Assembly (NCBI GenBank): GCA_965285935.1
Contig: OZ260663.1
Coordinates: 64,294,001-64,358,000, forward strand
Length of the DNA: 64,000 nucleotides
Reading direction: 5' to 3'
Source of the DNA: Ophelia neglecta
Lineage: Eukaryota
In this document: one piece after another, positions 1-11,518 of the stretch
Layout: each line of letters begins with the position of its first letter
How positions within the stretch are numbered: position 1 is the first letter of the stretch
Notes under the pieces: generated by a model
The model's input: the letters and a program-made list of their open reading frames with translations, nothing else
What the model was told of the DNA's origin: nothing
Database searches by the model: none
Made by a program: the position numbers and the translations under genes

Positions 1-2053
1 AATTTCATTTTTTCACAATTATATTTTACTCCTAAAAGGATCAGTAGAATGATAAAATAATACTTGTTCCATACATTGCAAAACCTTTTAAGGCAGTCTT
101 AAAATTTCAACTTAGAATATGCTATTCATGAGGCAGACTGACATTGGCCTCGATATGGATACTTGTACATCTGAATTAACGAGATTGCCTGGTTGCAGTT
201 TCCCCAGATCATCTACAGAGATCTGCTATTGAACCAGTTGATACCATCTGATGATTCCTTCAACATGTAGATTAGTAGCAGACACAAATTGATCAGTTTT
301 ACGCCGGCTGATATTATTTACTGACTATAACTGTGGCCCGGTAGTTGCCAAGGCTGTTCGGCAGCAGACAATCATTTGATGGGGATTTGCCCCGAGCTCT
401 TAATCACAATTGCTAACAAGTGATTGTGTTTGTACAATGGTGATCATTGTGACATGATATGCTAATGTCAATATGTTAATGTCTCTCTTTAAACACTTGT
501 GTTCTCAGGATTAAGGGTAATATCGGCAAGCTTTCAGCATGGTTCCTTATCTACTACACTACTATACGTGTTCATGTACCTAATATGGTTCCAGACTAAG
601 ACTTAGCATGTTGGTACTTTGATGCCAAGACCACCTTCCACCTCTATTCTTGGTTCAAAGCAGTGCTTTTATATTGTTTCATGTTCTAAATAAATGAAGT
701 TAATTTTACAACTCTAAGTCATTAATCAAGTCATTTATTGGTGCCATTGGATTAAATTTCCTTATTGTTCATCTTAGTTACAATAACATACACACAATTT
801 GGAAGCATTTTTACAATAGCAGTTCATTTGTGCTTGTTTTTTTTGTTATTAATAGAAGTATCAAACATGACTGTCTCCTGTTTTGATGCCTCCATTGCTC
901 TGGTTCCCAGATTTGCAATTTTATTGATTTTTTATTGCCATCAAATGTGGTTTATATTGTAAAGACATGAGGGGACAGGTGTCATAGCAGTATGTTTGCT
1001 TGACATGGGCAGGTTACATGCACGAGCTTGTGCTTCAGTAGCAATACAAAGACAATTGTGAATTGATCTATGTTTTAGTGTACTTTTTGTTTGTATTCAT
1101 CATTTTCAAATTATTTACGTGTACCCAAAAGGCTTCGCAGCACATGTGAAAGGTTGTGTGTGGGCTAAGAAAACAACTTTTTGTTTTTTAGGCTTGATTT
1201 TATTGTGACTGAGTGATGTGATGTCACTTCAAGATGGGATAAATATGTATCCTACATCAATACAGTGCTGGTAAAAAAGCATATACATGGTCAGACCAAA
1301 AGTTTGGTGAACTGGCAGTTTAAATTATGAACAGATCATAATCATAATACATATATGAAGTATTAGCCACTAAAAAATTCTAAAAAAAATCGGTAATTTT
1401 TTAATGCAAATTTTGCATTATGTTAGCCACCAAATTGCCTTACTTCCCTCTCCCAGTTCCACTGAATGGCCTTCAATCCGACTTTGTCGAAGAAGGACTG
1501 CAGCAGGTTTCAACATACTTAAATTAAGCTACTGCAATGACTGGTAATGATGTGGAGTTTCTAAGGAATCCCAAACGATCAGACTGTGCTACAGTGGCAC
1601 AACAAGACAAATCAATTACCCTGCCCATGCATCTCAATTCCATCTTCCACCCTCTTTATTTCTAACTTTGTCACAGTACCAAATTTCCTCCATGATGCAG
1701 TTTATTGTACCATGTTTCACCATTTTTGCTCATTTTCTCTCTTTTTGTATCCCATAACACCAATTCAAGACATTTTGCAAGGTCATGATTGCCTGCAGGT
1801 ATGGCATATAAATCTGAAAAAAAATATACTAGAATATGTCACAGACTGCACTGGATGGCTTCTGCATTTTTTTAACAAATGTCTTTGTCTGGTCTACAGA
1901 AGAAAATATGAAAACAATGTTTTTACTCGTATATGGCATTTATCTGCAGAAAGATAGATTGAATACCATCAAAGTCAAATGCTACTGCTTGTAATAAACA
2001 CAATCAAGATTCAAGTGTACAAGTAGATTGACTAGAAAAATCATACCTTGGTA

Positions 2054-2608
2054 ATAATATCCCGGAACGGAAGTATCGGGGATATTATGTTTTTGCCCTC
2101 CTGCGTTGTCCGCAGCGGCCGCGGATGGTTTGTGTAAGCATGACAACTCAAACAAAATGCAATTTTGAAATTTCTCTCTTGTTTGATGGAATCATGTCCA
2201 ATCAAAACCAAAGTGCTTGATTCTGGATATTGTTATGCATGGTTGACTTTGAAGTTCCAAATTCTGCCAACAGAGGGAGCTTTAAGTAAAAAATATGGAC
2301 ATTTTTCCTTCTGTCTCTTGAATTATTGGTAGTATTGATGCAAAACTTAATGAAAATAAAGTGCATTGATCACAAGATTAATTTAGTAATGCATGAATGC
2401 CATTGAGGTCCCAAATTTTGACATATCTCAGTCTGTTTTATGGAATCATTTTCCACCATAGCCAAATGAACTGATTGGTTTGAGCTGTCATGCTTGGTTG
2501 ACCCTGAAGTTAAACATTCTGCCACCAGAGAGAGCTTTTTGGCAATTATCACAAGAAGTGTTTCGGGGATATACCCTTTGCATTTGTGGACGAATGTGTA
2601 CGCCTGGT
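2054..2608 (+). mobile_element. Non-autonomous Helentron-associated element (HINE; DINE-1/pearl-like)
   Basis: 5' hairpin ataatatcccgga(2054-2066)...tcggggatattat(2076-2088), then a short gtccg-type tract. Internal core repeat ggttgac..tgaagtt..attctgcca.cagag.gagcttt at ~2241 and ~2496. 3' subterminal IR tttcggggatat (2561-2572) and 3' hairpin catttgt-gg-acgaatg (2581-2596), ending cctggtt. Confidence 0.7.
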
Positions 2609-5600
2609 TTGTTTCTTAGTTTGCCTTGTTTCTGGGTGAAAATGATGCCAAAAGGGGCTTTCTCTCTGCTTTGCATTCTCCCTACATAATAGATACATGC
2701 ACATTTTTTCCGTTGTGTTTTTCCATGCACTATTCTTTCAGAACAAAGAATCCAGAGTTTTCCATAGAATAAAATTCATGTAAGTTAAGTGCTTGTGACA
2801 TTTAAGTGTGGTGAGTTTGGTGTTAAGGTGGTGGTGTCCCCTGATGACTCGACATTTCATTAGCCCGGTCTCCCTCGTGCCTCTGATCCATTGCCCTGAT
2901 TTATGTGGTGCCACACACCATAGAAGCTTCTGTTCCAGTCTCCGCCTTAGTCCCTGTCTCAAATCAATTTTAACCCTTCATTTTGCCTCATGTAACCGTC
3001 TCCAGATTAAGAAATATGTGTTTAATATATGAGCCAGTAGATATCATAAATCAGGGTTAATTTAATACTGATATTTAATTTGAAATTGGACTTGCAGCAT
3101 TGCTGGTTTGCTATCGAGATTGGTGGCTGTTTTAAGAGTAGTGTAATATGAAGGTACAAGTGAGAGTAGATATATTGCAGGTATTGTATGGTGATAACAT
3201 TCATTGTCAAGTCTTATGGAGTAGAGACAAGATGGCCTCTCTCAGTGTGCCGTAGAACTTCCTCTAATTAACAGCATCCTCAAGGCATGATTTGTGCTCC
3301 CACTGGACATTTGAATGTGTCCCCTCTTGTCCTCCCCTTTGTCCTTCTAACACCCTGCTAATAATTTGTCCTGGCAGTCCATTGAATGCTGGCTTGCCAA
3401 AATGATCTATACACCAGACTTTGTAGGCTTTGTTAGCCAAGCTCTTTGCCGAAGCAGCAGCATTACAATCACAGCGCTGCCATCTACTGTAAATGTATTA
3501 TTGTTTGTGTGTTGTTTATGTCATTTGTTTATTGAAAATAAACACCTTGAGTTTTAGGACCTCTACATGACTTGCAACATAATCCCCTGGATTTCTTAGA
3601 AGCTATATTAAATGATGCATTCAGACAGAATGGCATATATTAATGGTGACAAACAGAAATGAGTTTACAGTATTTGAGGTTCAATACAATAAGATAGGAA
3701 GACAGTGTTTTAAGACGAGGACATTGATGAATGCTACAAGAGAGTTATCGCATGTTGAAATGTCTCTAATATATCCCTGGCGATAAACTAGTATTTGAAT
3801 TTATAGAACTGTTTGGGTTGCAATAAGATTGCCAGGTAAGATTAAGTTATACAATCAATCTGGTGTTAAGTATCTTTTGATAGCATTTACAGCCCAGGCT
3901 CCATGTTGTATTTGTCGTATCTCTCATGCTCCTGGCTTTTGGTTTTCCTCTCCTGCCACCACTGGCAGAATGGTTCATTCATAGGGGCTCACCTAGGTGC
4001 TCAAGAAGAACAGTAAATCAAATGTTTGGCTGGCAATTTGAAATTACATTCTGTTGAGTCACATAAAGGGCCTTTGGAGAGCCACTACATTTCACAATTG
4101 TTCGCATATAGGGATGCCACTTAGCCTAGCAGCCGTGGATTTATCTGGACTAAGAAGCACTTTTAACTGTGCCATGCCATCTTTGCTTGGTGGCTAAGAT
4201 ACCTAACAAGTCAGTTGATTGTCAGGCATGGTTGATATATGGTGTGATGCCTACACATAAAACTCGTTGCTGTGAAATTGGCAAGCTTTGGTCTTTTACA
4301 GGGCTTCCCCAGACCCTACCACGGCTCCCCAACTCACTGTTTGGTCTTTGCAAAGTGATTTTACCATTTAACTGAACATGTACATTTATCATTGTAGACC
4401 GACCTCAATATGAAGTCTCATTTCCAGATAAGTTTTTGGATGTTAAGTCAATTGCCTTTGTTATTTGGATACTGTAAATTCTGTAATGTTATACATGAGA
4501 AGTTTTATCAGGAAGTTTACCGGTTCTGTTAATACATGCATGCTTGCCACTGTACGTCATGTGCTTTGAGGTTGTGGCCTTGCAGACAAGGAAGCTATAC
4601 ATTGATGTCCGCTTGCGTGTGATGCCATTTTAATGAACCCAACATAATCATGGGCATGTCTAGCTAACTGTCAACTAGCAAAAGGTCAAAAATCATCAAA
4701 AGCACATGTACTTATAGAGCTGAACTAAAAAGCAGTACCTTCTGTATTTATTGTGAAGTCAAGACAGCTACTTTAGAATTGATATTTCCTTAGTTATTTG
4801 TTAACTTTTACTTTTAGAGAGAAAAATAACTAGCGCTGACATAGAATGTTCTTCAGATATTGGGCTTGCTTTTTGTCATATTTATATAAACATGTATATT
4901 TATTGGGTGTTTTATTCTTTTTTTTTAACTATGCAAATTAAAGGGGTTAACATTTGAATGTGGACTTGATTTATTTTCTGTTGGGTATTAATGGCTGTTT
5001 TCTAAGCTTAATCAACAAAAATGTATTTCTATATATATGCATATATGGTAGTAAAAAACTAACAATAATGAACTTTTAGTCAGAATGCCAGACAGGTATG
5101 TCCAAGATGTTTTGACCTCCTTTATGAATGATTTGCACACATTTGAAAATGTGCAATTATAACAGTCTTAATGTGCATTTTGTTTTACACACCTAGAGAT
5201 GCAAAGCACTCAGAGTATGTTAATAGAGTGGGACAGAGCAAAATCATTCACAGTGACCAGTTCATGTGCCTTAGCAGTTAATCCCATCTGTGTCAAAAGT
5301 GGAAGTATAACATGCCAGATATTGAGTGCCTGGGCAAATGTTTATTTAAAGTAGAAAAAATAGTCTTTAGAATTGTTACAATTAGATTCTCTTGGTACCT
5401 TTCATAAAATATGACAATTTTTGAAGTAACTCTATAAAAAGTTGTTTCTCTATGCAAAAGACATTAGAAGGGAATTACATTCTAGAGGGAGTATTTCTGC
5501 CTTAGTAACTGAAAAAAATTATTCCAAACATTTAACAATTAACTGGATATACAGTAGACTATATGATTGTACATGTATGACAATAACTATCATATTAATA

Positions 5601-6689
5601 TAAGTTGTCATGTGTCATGATAATGACGCTGGTTCTGAATTTTGATCATTATTGAGGCTACACAGCCATTTGGAGGTGACACGTAATGCCCTCCTTCTAG
5701 CTGGACGGTTTTCTCTGCATGTCACCTGCCAATTCTACAAGCCTGCAATTGTAAAATGAGATGGCTAATTCCTTGTGTATAAATGTTAACAAATCACTAA
5801 TTAATGCTGTTATTATATGATGCAGTGATGGGTCCTCATATTTTAAGCAGGTGGGAGGATGGAGTATTAGTTTAAGGCATCAGAAGTTAGCACGATGCTC
5901 ACACTATCCACAAACAAAAGAGGTGTTTGGTTTATAGCAACAAAAGAGCGTTATTATGACCATGAGCTGCTGTGATTGGAAGGATAGTCATGTAGAAAAC
6001 TGGCGGTAATCTGATTTTCAGATCTCACAGCAGAATACCAAATATAGGGTCTGAGGAAAAACTGTCTGCAGGGTGGGAAGTGTAGGATGAAATTTAGAAA
6101 AAAACTGTTCTCTCCAAGCTACATACAATGTCATGTAGCGATGTAATTGCCCTATAAGAGTTCCAGTATTGTGTGTTTTTGCAGATTTTTTTCTTTTAAA
6201 ATTTAGATTTTAAGCATGGAACTAATTAATTTTATGTCAAGAGCAACATCATTATTTTGATCAAGGTGTGAGTATTTTAGTGCTAATTTTCAGGATACAT
6301 TAGAATTATACAGATATACTGTAGACAGGGTTCTGTTATTTTGTACATGTATATGAGCCAGCCCCACTGCGGGGTTTGTTGCTGGCACTACACCTATATA
6401 ATTGTATACAACTTGATTACATTTATGTGACAGTGCAGAACATTTTCATATTTGGATTTCATTTTTATTTTCACTGCTTCATGCTAATTTTAGCTCCACT
6501 GTTAATGACCACAGCGGGTCTGGATGAACAACAGATTCACCATCCTTCCTCTGTCAGTGTCCATTGTCTCTTGTCTGAATCCCAGCTCCTCCCTCAATAC
6601 ACATCACAATCAGCATCAGATGTGGTGAGAACATCTTACCATTGAGCCTCACATTTCAATGAACCAGAATTTAAGTTATAGAAATCACA

Positions 6690-7015
6690 TTTGACCTTGG
6701 CCCAAGGTTAAAAAATGCCTTGTGGTGGCTAGATTGTGATAGGCTTGACAGTCATGTTCACTGCCAATAACAGCTCATACTCGGGAGATCCAGTGGTGAC
6801 CTTGACTTTGACCCTGGCCTATTTTTGAAGGTAAGATAGAGAAAACTAGATTGTCAATGCTTGTGGTGGCCTTATGGTGCAGGATAGGCAAGAAAAAGAC
6901 TACTAGTAAAGCATACCCGAGAAATCTATTGGTGACCTCCATGATGAACTAAATCTATGTTCAAGGTCATATGACAAAAATAGATTTCAAACTGCCTGTG
7001 GCTGCTTAATAGTGA
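6690..7015. repeat. Degenerate ~135-141 bp tandem repeat (about 2.4 copies) with TGACCTTGACTTTGACC motif, probably the core array of a HINE-type element
   Basis: tgc(c)ttgtggtggc-like motif at ~6717, ~6858 and ~6993; catac.cg.ga.atc...tggtgacct at ~6776 and ~6912. Confidence 0.55.
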
Positions 7016-10000
7016 GTGTTCAAACATGTTGTAGCTTGAAGGTAGTTTCATTTTCATTGGCAACATACATTCAAAATAACAGTGAAGCTTGATGGACAGG
7101 ATACTTTATCTTGAAAGATTTTTGTAAAGTAACTCCTGAAAACTTATAGGGCCTAATTTGTTGTTTTTTATAATCACAATGTGATAGTAAATCACAAAAT
7201 AGATACAATTTGAAACAATAAACTCAAAAGTTAAGCAAGATGAATTATTAGAATAAAAAAGATATTAAAAGTGTTTTGTTATAAATTATACATGATGTGC
7301 CTGAAATTTTTAAACATCTTGTTTCCAATTAATTAGTTCACACCTATAACATATTTGTATCCAGAGTATATATGACAGGTTAATGGGTTTCGGTCAATTG
7401 TTTTCAATAGTGGTCAACATTGTAAATGACTTCAAGTGGCTTGGCTCCACACATTAAACAAATTGACAGTGTAGTCTTTCTTGTAAAGATGACCTTTGTA
7501 AGAATTGTGACTTGCTCTGTGTGAAAATCTTCTGCAATATATTTGGTGTCTTTTGCCTTTTTTGTCTACCTTACAAAGACCTGTTGAAAGCTCTTTGGGG
7601 GGCCATCATCTTTTTTTCCTCCTTGATATATTATGTTGGCTTGTGCTTTATGAATAAGCCAGGATCATATTCTGCACACCCAAGCCTGTAGATGTTGTAA
7701 GGTGTCACATCAATGAACAGTACAAACATGTATGCTTCCTCTTTTAGCAGTGCCTACAATAATGCATGCACCAAGCAAGATGTATTTTGTATGGCTTACA
7801 TGATTTTTAAAATGGCAATGGTATTAGCTTAATCAAGGAAATGACATCAAGTATACGGAAAATAAAACTGAATTATCCCAGGATGCTACTTGTCTGTGCC
7901 TACAACCCTACAAATGTATTTCTCCTGATTCATTTTGAAGCTGCATTAAAGAAAATTAATACTGAAGCTGTAGAGTGTTTGTCAGCGCATACAGAAGCTG
8001 AATCTGACTGTTTCTGCATGAATATTATCCATGCCAATGTAATTATCACAATTAGTAGGTTTCCATGGAAATGAGCCAAAAATGAACGACAAAACAGTAA
8101 TATACCTTGTGCTGGCACTGTCTTGTACTATGACTGTGGTTAGCTAGGATTGTAAAAAGACGCCAAGGTAGGCAATTTTTATTTGATCACTGTTTTTACC
8201 ATTATCATTTTCTATGTAAGATGGACACCTTAGGCCTTCAAAATCGTGTGGTAGTAGGTGAACTCAAGATGAACTCAATTTGAGCCTTGCTGCTGTCACA
8301 AGCTTTAGACTAGTAAGGAAGTGATCAGTGATCAGATGCTGTGTTTAAATTAGCCACTCTCAATGAGGACTAGCCTGCTGGCTATGTAGCTTTCAGGCCT
8401 CCACATCCGCTGCATTGTATCCGTACACCTGTATGACAAGATGGTTATGGCAGCAATATTAGAAATCTAGCTGTTGTCATGACTCTGTAACACATCTCAC
8501 AAAAACACAATAGGAGAACACCATCTAATTTAAAGCCATATTTTCTGTCATTTGAGATTGTTATTGTCCCTGTATTTTACCTGTGCTACACAGTGGTGTG
8601 TTATTACATGGCTCGGATGACGAGACCGGCACCTTGAGTTAGTTGATAAGTATATATTGCTTTAACTAAACCAATATGTGCTGTCGACCTGCAATATTTG
8701 TGTTCTTTGAATTTTCTTCTTTTCTGGGCATTTGCTGAGTAAGAAGTTGAAGGACAAATTTAAAATTATGCCTGTGAAATGAGACTTTGATTAAAGAAAT
8801 ATACAATGCACATGGATTATTTAGGAACAAATTAAGATTGCTTTAGGTGCTGTTTATTGTTATAACTGAACAATTATACATGACTTGCAACATTTTGCTG
8901 CAAGACTTTGGTATAAAACAGAAATATTGAAAGCCACATGTATGCATGTGTACATTTTAACATCATTGACCAAATTCAGCTTCTACCTGTTTCAGTTCTC
9001 TGAAGCCTGTCTACCTGTCAGATCTTTCAGCTCCCTAATTCCCACCAAAGTTCTTAAAACAGCTCTGATCTACGAGCCATAGTCATTTTGTGATCATTTT
9101 GCCTCAAAAGAACATGGACAAAGGTAGACAGAGAATCAATCAGTATAATAGAAGCTCATCAAATTGGCCAGCAAGGTGCGTATTAGGTGGATTGGAGAGG
9201 AGATGAAAGAGTCGGGTGAGAAGACAAGATGTCCAATTGGTTGCATTGTCGCCTGAGTTTGTCGGGAGAATTTTTGCTTGATGGATACATGTAGATCCAG
9301 CGTGTTATCAAAGGCTGTCACATATTGCCATGCATCTATGCCAATCAAATTTGGGGCATTTAATTACCTCTAGCCGGTGATGTATTAATATACAACCAAA
9401 CAACTGTCCAAACAGAAAACAATATATAAATGTAGATATCATAGCTTGTTCTATTGTAAGAAATGATAATGATAGTTTGTTTTTTTGTAAATGATGATTA
9501 CCGGTATGATGATTTATTTCTATGGTGCTTTTTTTTTTATACAAAATTCCCTTATAAATCAACACCAGTAAAACTTTGTTAGCCCTTAAGTAAAAGGTGT
9601 GGTAGTCAAAGCACTTTTACTTTTTTACACTGGTTTAATATTCCATTATTATCAATGATAATCAAGGAATGAAAAAAACTGTTGAGGTCTTGACAATTGA
9701 CTTATACCTATACAATTCCTGGCCAGCATTGTGAAATATGAGCTGATCAGGTAAAAATTAGAAGCACTGAACCATTGAACTATAATATTTTGATAGAGGT
9801 CAATGGGATTTCCAAGAATTTCCAAGCCAATTAATTTATATGTCTTACAAGTTACTCTTTATTTTGATTAATATGGTTACATCTTAGTAAATGTATTAAG
9901 CTATCTGGAAGATGTGTAACTTGGATTAGAAATTCCTCATTATGAAGAAATATTTAACATATGATAATCATGATGGCTGAATGCTAAACTAACATCCGCT

Positions 10001-10226
10001 ATGTAATGACACACTCATTGCAATCCATATTCAATATTCAAGATAATTACTTCCCTCAAGTGACAACATTTAGAATTTGCGTCATAAAAATTGGCATGGT
10101 CAAGGCCCAGATTTCCTGGTCATTAGGGCAAATGCAGGTTTTTGCTTCTTTGTCGGTTTCCCACAGTATGAGCTTTCTTAGAATCATTTTATGACAAGAC
10201 TGTGTGCGTGTCTACCAAGTCCCTGC

Positions 10227-10362
10227 AATTTGCTGAAAATTGGGGGTTTTCAGACATGGGGTCCATGAGAAACAAGCAAATTGCACCTGTCCCCCATCCA
10301 ATGTTCTTGTTTCCCCAGGAACCCGACAACATCTGAAAATCTGCTCCTTTTTTCAGCAATTT
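10227..10362. repeat. Imperfect inverted repeat (~57-64 bp arms, ~15 nt loop), possibly inside a decayed MITE
   Basis: Left arm blocks ttgctgaaaa / ttttcaga / gggtcc / gaaacaag / attg pair in order with right arm blocks caat / cttgtttc / ggaaccc / tctgaaaa / ttttcagcaa. Confidence 0.7.
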
Positions 10363-11439
10363 CCCTTTAGTTTGTTATATTATTATTTCTGTTGTCCAAT
10401 ATAGACTCGGCAGGGGACTCCAGCTTCTTGGCCATGTGCTTTCAAGGCAGACTTTTCCTTTGGACACCCTAAGACCTAAAATAAAAACAACCGGCCTGCA
10501 ATGCTTTGGCCACCAAAGCTTGGCAGGACTGTATTAAAGACTTCAAAACAAGATAGATTTTTAGGCAATGGTCTGTCAAATTTGGGCATCTATGTGAATT
10601 TTGCCAAATTTCATTTTCAGTTTGAAAAATGATAGTTTGTCAAATAGTTACTTACCAATGGATGTCATTGTGCAACATTATGTATGTATTATTGTGAACA
10701 CGCAAATTGGCAGATACCGACCAATCAGGTTTTCTTGTACATGAGTAGTAAAGTAAATTTCGGCAGCCATCATGACATCACAGACAATCTACATCATTTT
10801 CAATTTGTGACATAAAAAATCACCCATAAAAGCAGAAGTGAATGGATAAAAAAGTATCTCTTCCTTGAAAGAGTTCCAACCTCTTTTGGAGATTTGGTCA
10901 TTTTGGTCCTATATTCAACCAGACCATTTTTAAATTAAACATTTTAATGTTTTATTAAAGGTAACAGAATTAATGGTATACAAAAATAAATCATTTTACA
11001 TCAGCCTTTTTGTGTCCTAATTTGCAAGTTTGTCATGCACAAGAAAAATCTCTGCACAGTGAATGGAATTTATATTTCATATTTCTACTTAGATGCAGAT
11101 CTTGCTGTGAAGAAATTATTGCCACTGTCTAATATCCTCAAAGCAAATAAAATGTCACTTTTGTAATTGCTAACCAGCTCTGTGGTTCCTCCTCTACCCC
11201 AATCTATTTCAGTGTTATGCCTTAATGCTCAGATATTACAGTACATCCTTTAAGAAAGGAATAGCAGAGCACAAAGGGGTTTTATGTTTCAGACTGTTAC
11301 CCATGGACAGTAATCAATAGCCCACATGATGAGGAATGATGCCCATTACTAGACCATTATCTGTTATGTAATCGTTGGCCAGTGTAGTTACATGTATTAG
11401 GTCATTTTGTAACAGGTGTTTAAAGACATATCACACTTA

Positions 11440-11518
11440 GCTAATTGGTTCTTTTCTTATCTCTTTCAGGTATGTATTCATTCATCTATAGAGATATGCT
11501 GACAAGGTATATGTAAGT
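11440..11518 (+). other. Candidate recursive splice site (3'SS directly followed by 5'SS) with a downstream RS-exon donor
   Basis: gctaat-tggttcttttcttatctctttcag|GTATGT (junction 11469/11470). Downstream donors aag|gtatat (11507) and tat|gtaagt (11513). Confidence 0.55.

Noticed and set aside
1261-1464. TACAGTGCTGGTAAAAAAG resembling a Tc1 terminal repeat
   Set aside because: The right end (ccagttccactg) matches poorly and lacks a TA; cannot be delimited as an element.
3829-6836. Isolated consensus donors (cag|gtaaga ~3836, cag|gtatgt ~5096, aag|gtaaga ~6831)
   Set aside because: No pyrimidine tract directly upstream and no convincing paired acceptor; expected at background frequency.
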